Shown here piece after piece: positions 40,611 to 50,870 of a stretch of DNA of 64,000 bases. A program made the translations under genes and the position numbers. Each line of letters begins with the position of its first letter. The stretch's first letter is position 1. This stretch comes from Spirochaetia bacterium (GTDB taxonomy: Bacteria; Spirochaetota; Spirochaetia; SZUA-6; Bin103), in contig CBDBDQ010000005.1 of assembly GCA_965203905.1 (NCBI GenBank), forward strand, positions 4,704,001-4,768,000, read 5' to 3'. Below the pieces are notes generated by a model that made no database searches, was not told the DNA's origin, and was given only the letters and a program-made list of their open reading frames with translations.

Positions 40611-41564
40611 ATGAAGACCAGGTCGCTCGCAAAGCCGGGCACGCTACCGGTCCGTTATGCGCCGGCCCTGACTGCCTATCTGAAGAAATACCATCAGTTC
40701 TATCTGATGCTGATCCCCGTGGTCGCGTTCTACATCGTGTTCAAGTACCTGCCGATGTACGGGATCGTCATCGCGTTCAAGGACTACAGCATCTTCAGAG
40801 GCGTCGCCGGCAGTGAGTGGGTCGGCTTCTCGGTGTTCGAGCGGGCCTTCGAGCAGCCCTCCTTCTGGCGTGCGTTCGTCAACACTATCAGGCTCAACCT
40901 GCTGTCGCTCATCTTCGGGTTTCCGGCACCGATCATCTTCGCGCTCCTGCTCAACGAGATCCGCCGTCGCAACTTCAAGAAGATCGTACAGTCAGTCTCC
41001 TACCTGCCGCACTTCTTCTCCTGGGTGGTCGTCTACGGCATTCTGCTGGCGTTCCTCAATCCCTACAGCGGCTTGCTCAGCGGGTTGCTCGAGGACCTGG
41101 GCCTCGAGCCGATCCCGTTCCTTGCGGACATCAGGTGGTGGCTCTCGGTCTACGTGGGCTCGGGAATCTGGAAGGGCGCGGGCTGGGCCGCGATCATCTA
41201 CATATCGGCGCTCAGCGCCATCGATCCCGATCTCTACGACGCCGCGTATGTCGACGGTGCCGGATTCCTGCGCTCCACTTGGCACGTCACCCTGCCGGGG
41301 ATCAGGCCGACTATCGTGATCATCTTCGTGATCAGCCTGGGACAGCTCCTCAGCATCGGGTTCGAGCAGCCGTTTCTGCTCGGCAATCCCCTGGTGAGCG
41401 AAGTGTCGTCGGTGCTCAGCACGCACATCTATCGGCTCGGTATTCTGCAAACGGAGTTCAGTCTTACTGCCGCGATCGGACTGCTTCAGTCGGTGATCAA
41501 CTTTGCCCTGTTGCTGGCTGCCAATTACCTGATCAAGCTGACGGGGGAGCGCGGCATATGGTGA
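40611..41564 (+). CDS. Carbohydrate ABC permease (LplB-like)
   Basis: YLPMYG, YLPHFFSWVV, DAAYVDGA, GFEQ. Confidence 0.94.
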   Translation: MKTRSLAKPGTLPVRYAPALTAYLKKYHQFYLMLIPVVAFYIVFKYLPMYGIVIAFKDYSIFRGVAGSEWVGFSVFERAFEQPSFWRAFVNTIRLNLLSLIFGFPAPIIFALLLNEIRRRNFKKIVQSVSYLPHFFSWVVVYGILLAFLNPYSGLLSGLLEDLGLEPIPFLADIRWWLSVYVGSGIWKGAGWAAIIYISALSAIDPDLYDAAYVDGAGFLRSTWHVTLPGIRPTIVIIFVISLGQLLSIGFEQPFLLGNPLVSEVSSVLSTHIYRLGILQTEFSLTAAIGLLQSVINFALLLAANYLIKLTGERGIW

Positions 41565-42442
41565 AGTCGGGACGCCGTTCCGGCTCATATCGCGTGTTTG
41601 CGAGTTGCAACACGCTGTTCATGGTGCTGCTCTGCATCGTGTTCCTGTACCCGTTCCTGTTCGTGATTGCGCGCTCACTGAGCGACGGGTTCTACATCCT
41701 CAGAGGACAGATTTACCTGTTCCCGAGGGGATTCACGCTGAATGCCTACGAGGTGATGCTGGGTGATCCCCGCATGATCCAGGCCCTGCTGTTCACCACC
41801 CAGCTCACCATCGTCGGGACCCTGGTGAACCTGGTTCTGACCGTGCTGGCGGCCTACCCGCTGTCGCGCCGTTCGCTCAAGGGCACCGCCATCATCCTGG
41901 CCGGCATCTTCATTAGCTGGTACTTCTACCCGGGGCTGATACCGACCTTCCTGCTGGTGAAGGACGTGGGCCTGCTGGACACGATGTGGTCGCTGATACT
42001 GCCGGACGCGATTGCCCCGTTTCTGCTCATCATACTGATGACCTACATCCGCGGGATTCCGGAGGAGCTGGAAGAGGCGGCGGTAGTGGAGGGGTGCTCC
42101 TACTGGCGTATTCTGACTCGCATCGTCGTCCCGATCAGCAAGCCGGTGCTGGCGACCCTCACCATTTTTTACGCCGTGGGCCACTGGAACCAGTACTTCC
42201 AGGCCCTCATCTACATCAGCGACCCGGACAAGTACACCCTCCAGCTCCGCCTGCAGATCATCCTGGATCTGTGGTCGTCACGGCTGCAGATTGTGCAGAC
42301 CGCACAGGATTATGGATCGCTGGTGGCGGAAGGCGCCCAGGCCGCCGCGATCGTCATAGCCACGGTGCCGATCGTGTTGATCTATCCGTTCTTGCAAAGG
42401 TACTTCATCAAGGGGGTCACGCTGGGTGCGATAAAGGGTTGA
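41558..42442 (+). CDS. Carbohydrate ABC permease (LplC-like)
   Basis: GLIPTF, EEAAVVEG, YPFLQRYFIKGVTLGAIKG. Confidence 0.93.
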   Translation: MVKSGRRSGSYRVFASCNTLFMVLLCIVFLYPFLFVIARSLSDGFYILRGQIYLFPRGFTLNAYEVMLGDPRMIQALLFTTQLTIVGTLVNLVLTVLAAYPLSRRSLKGTAIILAGIFISWYFYPGLIPTFLLVKDVGLLDTMWSLILPDAIAPFLLIILMTYIRGIPEELEEAAVVEGCSYWRILTRIVVPISKPVLATLTIFYAVGHWNQYFQALIYISDPDKYTLQLRLQIILDLWSSRLQIVQTAQDYGSLVAEGAQAAAIVIATVPIVLIYPFLQRYFIKGVTLGAIKG

Positions 42443-42534
42443 GGAGGAGGAACGATGTAGAGTTGCACGCTGGAGCAGAATCAATGCGACAGGCTACGCA
42501 TTGTCGAAGTCAGGTAGCATCTACGGAGGTTACT

Positions 42535-44076
42535 GTGAGAAGACTGACAAGCATCCTGACAGGGATGCTGATAGCGGCATCGGTGTTCGGTGCCGGGGAA
42601 GGTGAAGGGGCGGCCGGTGAGGTTGTCGAGGTCACCCACATGGTCGCGGACAGGGGCATCGTGCCGGCTGAAGTAGGAACGCTTCAGGACAACTGGTTCG
42701 TGGACAAGATGAACGAGACGCTCGCCCCGAGCGGAGTGAAAGTCGGAATCGTGGTGTTCCCCAGGGGCGAGTATGGGGCCAAGGTGAACACCATGATGGC
42801 CGCGGGAACGGCGCCGGACGTCATGTGGACATGGAGTGCCGACCAGGTCGGAAAATGGACCCAGGAAGGCGGACTTCTGGATTACGGTGAGTACCTTGAT
42901 GAGCTCGGACCCAACATCCGCAAGCTGTACACCGAGGAGGATCTCGCGACGGGCACATTCTACGGCAAGCTCACGGCGCTGCGGCGCATCCAGACGTGGG
43001 CACAGTGGGCGCGTACGACGCTCGCGCGCCAGGACTATCTCGATGCTCTCGGCCTGGAAGCACCGGAGTCGGTCGGCGAGCTCTATGACGTCCTGGTCGA
43101 ATTGAAAGAAAATGCCGAGGCACTCGGCCACGATCGGGAATCGTTCTATCCGTTCACGATGTGGGGTACAGGTGAATGGTCGTATTACGTGATTCCGGCG
43201 TTCACCGATGGTGAGCCGGCGCCGGAACGGCTCGCGGTTCCGCCCGCGCTCTGGCCTGAGGCCAAGGATGGACTTCGGTACCTCAACAAGCTGTACAACG
43301 AAGGCTTGATGTTCGACGACTCCCTGGATTCCGATTCGAGTATTCGCAAGGCGATAATGATAGATGGGAAGGCCGCCATCATCCCCTGGTGGACTCATGG
43401 GCCGGTTTTCACCGGATACGGGGCCATCTACGAAAAGATGCGGACGGTGAACCCGCACGCTCGCCTGGTGACGATTTTCCCCTGGGGCCAGCAGCCGGGA
43501 GAAAGCAAGCTGTTCTTCAACGTGGGCAGACATGGGCTGATGTTCATTACCCCTTCCGCCACCAAGCATCCGGAGGCGGTAATGACCTACCTCGACTACC
43601 TGGCGTCGGAGGAGGGCTACCGGACGGCTACCATCGGGATCAAGGGAGAACACTGGGAGGAGACTGCAGATGGGGGTTTCAAACGACTCATCGACGAATC
43701 GGCGGTGACCAGGCTGATCTCCTGGATACAGCCCTGTTTCGAGGTGCTTTCGCTGCCCTTCGCACGGGCCAGCCTGAACGCCAAGGTGCTGTATGGAACC
43801 ATGGCTCACGCCGACGAGTTCCTGGTCTGGACCGACGAGGTGGAAGCGGCCGGGAACTACCCGCGTCCCATAATCAACCTTCCGAATCCTGCACGAGATC
43901 GCTACTTCGGCGTGATCGAGGGTGAGTGGCGCGATGCGTTGCCGAAGCTCATCACTGCGCCGGAGTCCGAATTCGATGCGTTGTTCGATGAGGCGGTTGC
44001 CGCGTACCGGGCCAACGGAGGAGACGAAGTAGAGCAGGAGGCTCTTGCCAACTACCGCAAAATTCACGGCCAGTAG
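42535..44076 (+). CDS. Carbohydrate ABC substrate-binding protein (paralog B)
   Basis: GTG start after GGAGG; highly similar to 38362-39897. Confidence 0.92.
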   Translation: MRRLTSILTGMLIAASVFGAGEGEGAAGEVVEVTHMVADRGIVPAEVGTLQDNWFVDKMNETLAPSGVKVGIVVFPRGEYGAKVNTMMAAGTAPDVMWTWSADQVGKWTQEGGLLDYGEYLDELGPNIRKLYTEEDLATGTFYGKLTALRRIQTWAQWARTTLARQDYLDALGLEAPESVGELYDVLVELKENAEALGHDRESFYPFTMWGTGEWSYYVIPAFTDGEPAPERLAVPPALWPEAKDGLRYLNKLYNEGLMFDDSLDSDSSIRKAIMIDGKAAIIPWWTHGPVFTGYGAIYEKMRTVNPHARLVTIFPWGQQPGESKLFFNVGRHGLMFITPSATKHPEAVMTYLDYLASEEGYRTATIGIKGEHWEETADGGFKRLIDESAVTRLISWIQPCFEVLSLPFARASLNAKVLYGTMAHADEFLVWTDEVEAAGNYPRPIINLPNPARDRYFGVIEGEWRDALPKLITAPESEFDALFDEAVAAYRANGGDEVEQEALANYRKIHGQ

Positions 44077-44242
44077 GCAGAGTGACTCCTGACCCGCCCG
44101 CCCGTCGCGTCGCCCGCGGTCGGCGCGACGGGCGCGGTGGCAGGACTATCCCACGCTGCGCGAGAAGCCGACTACCGATCGTTGCTCCCGCTGCCCTCGG
44201 ACCGACGCCCGACGGCCCAACTCGCATCCTGGCGAGCGCCGA

Positions 44243-45558
44243 TCACGTGGCCCCGTCTGGCGGCGATCCGTACTCCCGATGCCGGAAACGGTGGTGCGCA
44301 GCACAATGGAGCCTCAAGTTCCGTGGCTCGGCGCTGCCGCCAAGCGCGAAGGGAACGATGTGGTCGAGCTCCAGCAGGAAGCGGGACCCGCAGCGCCGTC
44401 CGCTGTGCGGATCGACGTAACTGCAGCAGCCGCCGTCGCGGCGCCACACCTCGCGCCGCACTGGTACCGGGATGTAGCGGGATCGGCGCGCCCGGTGGGG
44501 CGGCTGCGTACTGCCTCCGGAGGGGCCGGCTGCCTCGGGTTGCGGCCGCGAACGGCCATCGAGCTGCGCCGCCCCTGCCCGCTGCGCCGTTCCTACCCGC
44601 TTCGCTGGCGAAGGAGCGTTGCGACCGCGATCCGCCGTGGCCGTCGCGGTCGGCAAGCTCTGGTCTGCCGGCAACGTCGCTACGGTGGCGTGGGATCCGC
44701 AACCAGCCGCCACCTTCGCTGCCGCTGGCTTGGCACTCACCGGCGTGCTGCTGCCGCAAGTCTCGCGCCCCGCCGGCGGCGCGGACAGTGCTGCCACCGC
44801 CGAGGTGCCGGCGTGGCCGATCCCGCGTGCGGGTTCCTCTGCAGACAGCGCTGCCGGCACTGGGGTGCTGCCACCGGCGCTCGTGCCCTCCGGCGGCGTC
44901 GGCACTCCGGGTTGCTCTTGCGCGCCCCGCTTCGCCAGCGAAGTCGCCCCGCCCGCCGGCCCTTGCTGCGCCTTCGGCTCCGGCGCTTGGCCCGTGCTTG
45001 CCTCTCGGCGCCCGCCTCTGCGCCCGCGCGGCGTCCGCCCCGGGTCGTAGCGCTGCAGGCCGTCCTGCACCAGCCGCTCCACCAACTGCCCCAGCGTCAG
45101 GTGCGGGTCCACGTGCGACAGCAGTGCCCGTAGCTGCTCGATCCCGCACTGACAGGCAGAGTCGATCGCCACCTTCAACTCCCAGCGGCCGTCGCCCAGC
45201 GCGCGCATGCGATCGGCCGGCCGCGCCAGCTCGGGAGCCACCCCGGCCAACAACTGCTTCACCTCGCGGGTGCTCTTGCCGCTCGCCTGCGCCACCAGCT
45301 CCTGCCGCTGCGCCGCGTCCAGCGCCGGCACCGGTGCCGCGGGCGCCGAGCCGGGGTCCACGGGGGCGGTGGCCGTGCGCTGCAGGAGATCGAAGGTGTT
45401 CTGCAACTGCGCCGCCGCGCTCAGGGTGAGCGAGCCGTCTTGCAGCCGCTCGCGTGTCCCGGCGGTATCGGAGCACAGACGCATGGCCTTTATGCGGCGC
45501 CAGGCGGCGCCTTCGCTGTAGCCCAGCTCATGCACCGCGTAGTCGAACAGGCTACTAT
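44243..45558 (-). pseudogene. HNH endonuclease, 5'-truncated at the island boundary
   Basis: YSSLFDYAVHELGYSEGAAWRRI at the break; C-terminal VWRRDGGCC...ELDHIVP..LGG...NLRLHCAAHH; abrupt switch to AT-rich DNA upstream. Confidence 0.8.
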
Positions 45559-45723
45559 ATTAGTGTTTCTGGTTGTTCCACTTTGTTCTGTTAAGTAACC
45601 CGTTCACAATCACTTAACCCCAATCAACTGTCCCTTGACGTTTCATCGAATCCTGCATATTTTCATCCATATGGTGCTACCGTAAGTGATAACCAACCAC
45701 CGCGTCAATTCAAGGCCGCGACC

Positions 45724-46902
45724 ATGCCTCAGACACGACCGAAGAGACTGAGCGCTTCCTTCGTCCGCACCGTCAAGCAACCCGGCCGCTACGGCGACGG
45801 CCACGGCGGGCACGGCTTGAGCCTCCTGGTGAAGCCGCGCGCCCACGGCGGCGTGGCCAAGTCATGGAGCCAGCGTCTGCGTATCAACGGCAAGCCATGC
45901 AACATCGGCCTTGGCCCGTTCCCCATCGTCAATCTGGCCGAAGCCCGGGAGGCGGCGCTGGAGAACGCACGGGCCGTCTACCAGGGGCACGACCCGAGGA
46001 AGGGATCGGCCACACCGAGCTTCGACAAGGCCGCTGAGATTGTCGTCGAGATGCACGCCAGCACTTGGCGCAATCCGCGTACCGCCGACATCTGGCGTTC
46101 TTCGTTCAGGCGGTTCGTCTCTCCGCTGATCGGGAGCAAACCGATCGGCGCCGTCACCAGCGCTGACATTCTGTCCGTGCTGACGCCTATCTGGAACGGT
46201 GGGAAGCAAGAGACGGCGAGGCGGCTGCGGCATCGGATCGGCGCGGTGATGCGGTGGTCGATTGGCGCCGGGCACCGGGGTGACAATCCAGCCGGAGATG
46301 CCGTTTCGCAGGTGCTGCCAAAGAACGGAACTGTGCCGAGGAGACACCGGCGGGCGCTTCATCATCGAGAGGTGGCGAGCGCGCTGGCCAAGATTCGGGC
46401 GTCCAACGCCTGGGCAGCGACCAAGCTGCTGCTGGAGTACACGATCTTGACGGCGGCTCGATCCGGAGAGGCTCGGCTTGCTACTTGGAGCGAGGTGGAT
46501 CTACCTGCTGAGGTCTGGACCTTACCTGCCGAGAGAATGAAATCCGGTCGTGAGCATCGGGTGCCGCTGTCAACCCGGGCGCTTGAGTTGCTGATCGAAG
46601 CGCAGAAGCTGTCGGATGGCTCGGACCTGCTGTTTCCGTCGCCGACCGGCAAGGCGCTGAGTAGCGTGACGACAAGATCGCTGTTGAATGGGTCGGGCAT
46701 CGACGCCACGATGCACGGGTTCCGTACGTCGTTCCGGTCCTGGTGCGCGGAGAACGACGAATCGAGGGAGTTGGCCGAGGCGGCGCTTGCGCATGTGGTC
46801 CCAGGTGTCGAAGGTGCCTACATGCGCTCCGACCTGTTCGAGCGGCGGCGCAGATTGATGCAGGCGTGGGCGGACTACTTGGGATGTGCAGGGGCGCGCT
46901 GA
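45724..46902 (+). CDS. P4-like tyrosine integrase with arm-DNA-binding domain
   Basis: PGRYGDG..GLSLLV, GLGPFP.V.LAEAR, TAARSGE, MKSGREHRVPL, HGFRTSFR, LAH, AY...RRRLMQAWAD. Confidence 0.95.
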   Translation: MPQTRPKRLSASFVRTVKQPGRYGDGHGGHGLSLLVKPRAHGGVAKSWSQRLRINGKPCNIGLGPFPIVNLAEAREAALENARAVYQGHDPRKGSATPSFDKAAEIVVEMHASTWRNPRTADIWRSSFRRFVSPLIGSKPIGAVTSADILSVLTPIWNGGKQETARRLRHRIGAVMRWSIGAGHRGDNPAGDAVSQVLPKNGTVPRRHRRALHHREVASALAKIRASNAWAATKLLLEYTILTAARSGEARLATWSEVDLPAEVWTLPAERMKSGREHRVPLSTRALELLIEAQKLSDGSDLLFPSPTGKALSSVTTRSLLNGSGIDATMHGFRTSFRSWCAENDESRELAEAALAHVVPGVEGAYMRSDLFERRRRLMQAWADYLGCAGAR

Positions 46903-47032
46903 CGCGGGTGCAACCGGTGTCGCCGTCCTATACGAAAGCACCAGTTACGTGTTGACTATCCACGATGTGGAATGTACGCGTTGAACGCGTGAAGTACACG
47001 GAACGTGTGAGCCATTTGTCCTACTGGCACGA

Positions 47033-47275
47033 GTGCTTATGCGAAAACAATTCCGTTTCGACCGGTCGACAGAATCGGTCATAGATTCCTCTCTCGTAAT
47101 CTTGCGCACGCGAGATGTGCTGGCGCTGCTTGGTGTATCCCGTACTACATTATGGCGACGCGTCCAATCTGGTGACTTCCCGGCGCCTGTCCGGCTCGCG
47201 GGCGAGGGATCACGCGCCGTCGGCTGGCGACGTGAGGATGTCGAGGGATGGTTGGAGGCGCGGCCGAAGGCGTAA
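47033..47275 (+). CDS. alpA: AlpA family phage regulator / excisionase
   Basis: ILRTRDVLALLGVSRTTLWRRV..GDFPAPVRL...AVGWR; follows the integrase. Confidence 0.9.
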   Translation: MLMRKQFRFDRSTESVIDSSLVILRTRDVLALLGVSRTTLWRRVQSGDFPAPVRLAGEGSRAVGWRREDVEGWLEARPKA

Positions 47276-47868
47276 GCCGTCCCCGTGGCTGCACGGAGAC
47301 CAGAGAGAACCGATTCGGCGGCCGCGTCAGAAAGCGAGTTCGGAACCAGCCGATGCTCACGCTGCGATTGGCGGCGACCAAAGTCGCCGCCAACTACGCG
47401 ACGCGATGCTCCGGTTGGCGTGCCACGGTCCCCTTGGCGATGGAGCGATGGAGCGCGAATGCTGCGTCCATGCGCGCAGCCAACCTGCGGGCCATCGCGT
47501 AACCACGCGCCCGTTGTAAGCTCACCGCGACCGTCACCTCCACCAGGATCGGTATGCGTGCGCCCAGCCGCTCGGCGGCCGGGCGCACCCTCGCAGGCGG
47601 GGAACTCTTGCTGACGGCGCTGCTCAGGGATTCCTCCGGTGGCACGACTGCGACGCTCGTCGCTCACCTGCTTGATGATCTACTTGCACATATCGGTCGC
47701 TCCCGGCCGCACGACGATTCATTCCGCGCTCAAATCAAGATGGATAACCTGATCGCACTTCTTCGCCCCAGCACCTCGCGCCACTCCGCCGCTCGCGAAA
47801 GCGGTGGGTGTAAATATCAAAACGAGGGAATCGAGCGGGTCTGGCGAGGATCCTGGGCACGCGGATGA

Positions 47869-49034
47869 GTGCGGTGACAAAGTGGCACTGGGGCAGCGGT
47901 AGCGGCAACAGGTAGCGGTAGTGCAGGACGAGGATGAACCAAACCCAGCAGGTATGGGCAGCACTCCTACCGGGTACGATGAGGTGGGGAATCGTCCAGG
48001 AAGCCCTCCCTCATCAGGACGCCGAAGGAGTGGCCCGATGCCACTATCGCATACCTGCACTGATGGCGCTACCGGGAACAGCGATCATCTGACCCAGATT
48101 CTCAGCGACTTGGCGACGAACCTGCGGCGACTGTCGCAGGATGCTCCGGCGGAGCAAGACTTGAGCGCTACGAACGGGAGACGCATCAGTCTGTTCGCCG
48201 CCGCCGAGCGGGCGGTGCTGGCGGATGAGTAGGGACGGCTGGATGTAGACCAACCGGAGGTTAGCATCGAGAGGCGCCGCTACCGGAGCGTGTTGCGCGC
48301 CAGCAAGACCTACACCAGCGCAGTGGGCGCGATTCGCTGGCGCGGACTGTTGGCGGCTGGGGGCAGCACCGGCAGTGGCAAGGCGCCAAGGGTCGTCCGG
48401 GGTCGTGGACCGGCGCAGAGTCACGGGATGGGTCGCCAGGAACTTGGGAGGTCCTGTCGCTGCACCGCAGGGGACATCCGGATGTGCGGAGCGCCGGAGA
48501 ACCCAAGACTCCCGGCCCCGACGGCCTTCCGGCCATACGGTCGACAAGGGCATAACTTGAACACGACGTTCAACGTTCTTGGGTTCACCCACCTGTGGTG
48601 GCCATCGCGAATCGGGTGCGCTGGTTGTGCGCCAGATCACCGCCAAGGATCGCTTCGCCCGTGCGGTGAAAGCAGTGAACGTCTGGTGCCGGCACCTGCC
48701 GATTACGGTGCAGCAAGCGCAGCTTGCCCGTGTCATTCGGGGCCACTGTCCCTACTACAGTACAGTAGGCCGGGTAACAGCAAACGAATCGACGCTTCCG
48801 CCGTCGGGTAGTCCGCGTGTGTCACAAGTGACTCTCCCGTCGCAGCCACTCGGACTACCTGAACTGGGATCAAATGACGGCACTTCTTAACCCATACCCA
48901 TTGCCATCGAGCCACGATCCGGCGTGCAAGCCCTGCCGTATGGGCGAATCTGGTATGTAAGAAACCGACTGCGTCAATCGCGCGCGCTCGGGTCTATGAG
49001 GGGCGGAACGTGGTAACGACCCTACCTACTCAGA
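47869..49034 (+). mobile_element. Degenerate, internally deleted group II intron
   Basis: GTGCG candidate 5' end; frameshifted maturase remnants TFNVLGFTHLW and TAKDRFARAVKAVNVWCRHLP...LARVIRGH..YY; domain V/VI-like gaaaccgactgcg...cgggtctatgaggggc...ggtaac...cctactcagac 3' end. Confidence 0.8.
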
Positions 49035-49196
49035 CCCGCTTACTCTATCCCTCAGACCTTCGACCCAACCGGGACTAACTCATCGCAAACCTTACGATCG
49101 ACATCAGCCGCTCAACGCCAACGAAGTCCATGGTAGTCGCCCCACCATAATCCGGTTACCTTTCGGTCTCCCTCTCTTTCTCCTTATGCTAGTATC

Positions 49197-49643
49197 TTAC
49201 TCGCGATCGGAACCACTGTGGCCCTGCATTTCAAATAACACTGACCGTACATCTCTGCGGCGAACACGAAGACGGCGCGACGAAATAGCATACACAAGAG
49301 AAACCTCACGATCCTCGCCGTTCCCACTAATCCTAGTCAGGCATACCACAGCGTACCTACCGTCATCGTTAAGCAATACAATCCACTTCTCGAGAGGCAC
49401 GAGCACACATTCCTCCGGAAAATAATCTGGCATTTCGAAAGCGGAAGGCTGTGTCTCATTCAACAAACAGAGCCCACTAACATTGAGATAATCGAACTGC
49501 TTTTTGCTGTACATCCATTCAGATTTCCCATCACATGTAGACAGTCCGAATCTGAATTGCTCACGCGGACTGGCGCCGATGACCGCAACACCGTCACCGC
49601 AAAATGTTGCAACTCCTATAGTTCTTATATTCCCAATCTTCAT
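49197..49643 (-). CDS. Hypothetical protein
   Basis: 148-aa ATG ORF in low-GC DNA, co-oriented with neighbours; no recognised motif. Confidence 0.5.
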   Translation of the reverse strand: MKIGNIRTIGVATFCGDGVAVIGASPREQFRFGLSTCDGKSEWMYSKKQFDYLNVSGLCLLNETQPSAFEMPDYFPEECVLVPLEKWIVLLNDDGRYAVVCLTRISGNGEDREVSLVYAISSRRLRVRRRDVRSVLFEMQGHSGSDRE

Positions 49644-49686
49644 CCGTTCGAGTCATTATTTGAGTCCATGATACTCCAAGATAATC

Positions 49687-50223
49687 TCAGTCTTGGCTAG
49701 ACGCTGAATCGCGGCTAGATGCTGAAAGTGTCAACAACATCAAGCTGGCGAGTCGAACAAGCGAAGCCAAGCACAATACCACCAGCGGTAGCCAGAGGAT
49801 GTCCCAGACCTCCGCCAGTTCCTCTATGTGGTACATAGTCACCAGAGACGCAAACACTAGCAAGAGCCCGGTGGCAAACGTGAAGCCTAAAATATTCCGG
49901 AAGTCTGAGAGGACTGTCGGGTCGCTACGAATTCGTTGCATGGCCGGAGTATCGAGTCCAATCAGTACTGATATGGACACGCCAACAAACGAACATATTA
50001 TTGAACTGAATGTTACAGTAGAAGAAAGAACTTCGACGGCGTTCTGAGGATTGACGAAACTGAAGGAGAGTATCTGTGGGAATGTTAACCCGTCGTGCTC
50101 GGCAGCTAGCGATCGAAGACGACGGCGGTTCAAAGAAAAAGAGTAGACTGCTGCTAGGACAGGAGGAATCACGAGAACGAACCTGTTGGAGGTTATCTTT
50201 AGAATGGTCATGGAAATATTCAT
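49687..50223 (-). CDS. Hypothetical membrane protein (about 4 TM)
   Basis: Four hydrophobic segments; TAATG coupling to the upstream ORF. Confidence 0.65.
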   Translation of the reverse strand: MNISMTILKITSNRFVLVIPPVLAAVYSFSLNRRRLRSLAAEHDGLTFPQILSFSFVNPQNAVEVLSSTVTFSSIICSFVGVSISVLIGLDTPAMQRIRSDPTVLSDFRNILGFTFATGLLLVFASLVTMYHIEELAEVWDILWLPLVVLCLASLVRLASLMLLTLSASSRDSASSQD

Positions 50224-50699
50224 TATTGTTCTCCTTGCTGAGAATTATTTGGTCCGATAAACAAGGAGGTTCCTTCAAGGTCATTGTCATAGATGTGGCT
50301 GAGATCTTCGCGAGGACTCTCGTCTCCTGGAGCAAATATGAAACGTTGCTGACCGGTGTTTCCGGCGCGCCACCGGCCATCTTCCTTCGTTGCGATATAT
50401 ACAGCCGCAAGGCCCAGAACATCCTCCTCAATAGACCAATACTGCAACTCTGTTACCACTTTCAGAAGGGTGTCGTCTGTTGTCGACTCAACGCAAAGAA
50501 ACACAAGCGAACCCTCGCTTAGACGTTCCCTGATAACGAACTTATCGAGAGAATTAAGGTCCGTTACGGACCGTTGTCCCTCATCTAGGCATCTTAGTTC
50601 GTGCGTTATCTCACCCATTGGTAGCGAGTTGGCACATGCTATTGCTGAAACCGCCATCATTAGCATAACGCTGCGTCTCAAAAAGACAGTACTTGCCAT
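50223..50699 (-). CDS. Hypothetical exported protein or lipoprotein
   Basis: Basic N-terminus, hydrophobic core, AIAC lipobox-like motif. Confidence 0.55.
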   Translation of the reverse strand: MASTVFLRRSVMLMMAVSAIACANSLPMGEITHELRCLDEGQRSVTDLNSLDKFVIRERLSEGSLVFLCVESTTDDTLLKVVTELQYWSIEEDVLGLAAVYIATKEDGRWRAGNTGQQRFIFAPGDESPREDLSHIYDNDLEGTSLFIGPNNSQQGEQ

Positions 50700-50870
50700 A
50701 TTATCGTATCATGGACTGAGCGACGGGCGTCCAGAAAGGGCCGGCGCAGGGTTGGACAGTAACCGGCGGATCGAACATATTCCTCATGGCGATAGCAACA
50801 TCCCTCGCGCGGTTCGAAGAAGAGGCCCGTCACCGAGTTACTCCTTTCTTAGGTGTCTCGCCCGCGCCAC

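Noticed and set aside
752-44067. Many long overlapping ORFs in the track (e.g. 752-2761, 5326-7209, 9539-11356, 13003-14814, 36541-38340, 42481-44067)
   Set aside because: Shadow or antisense frames of real high-GC genes; Arg/Ala/Gly-rich with no motifs.
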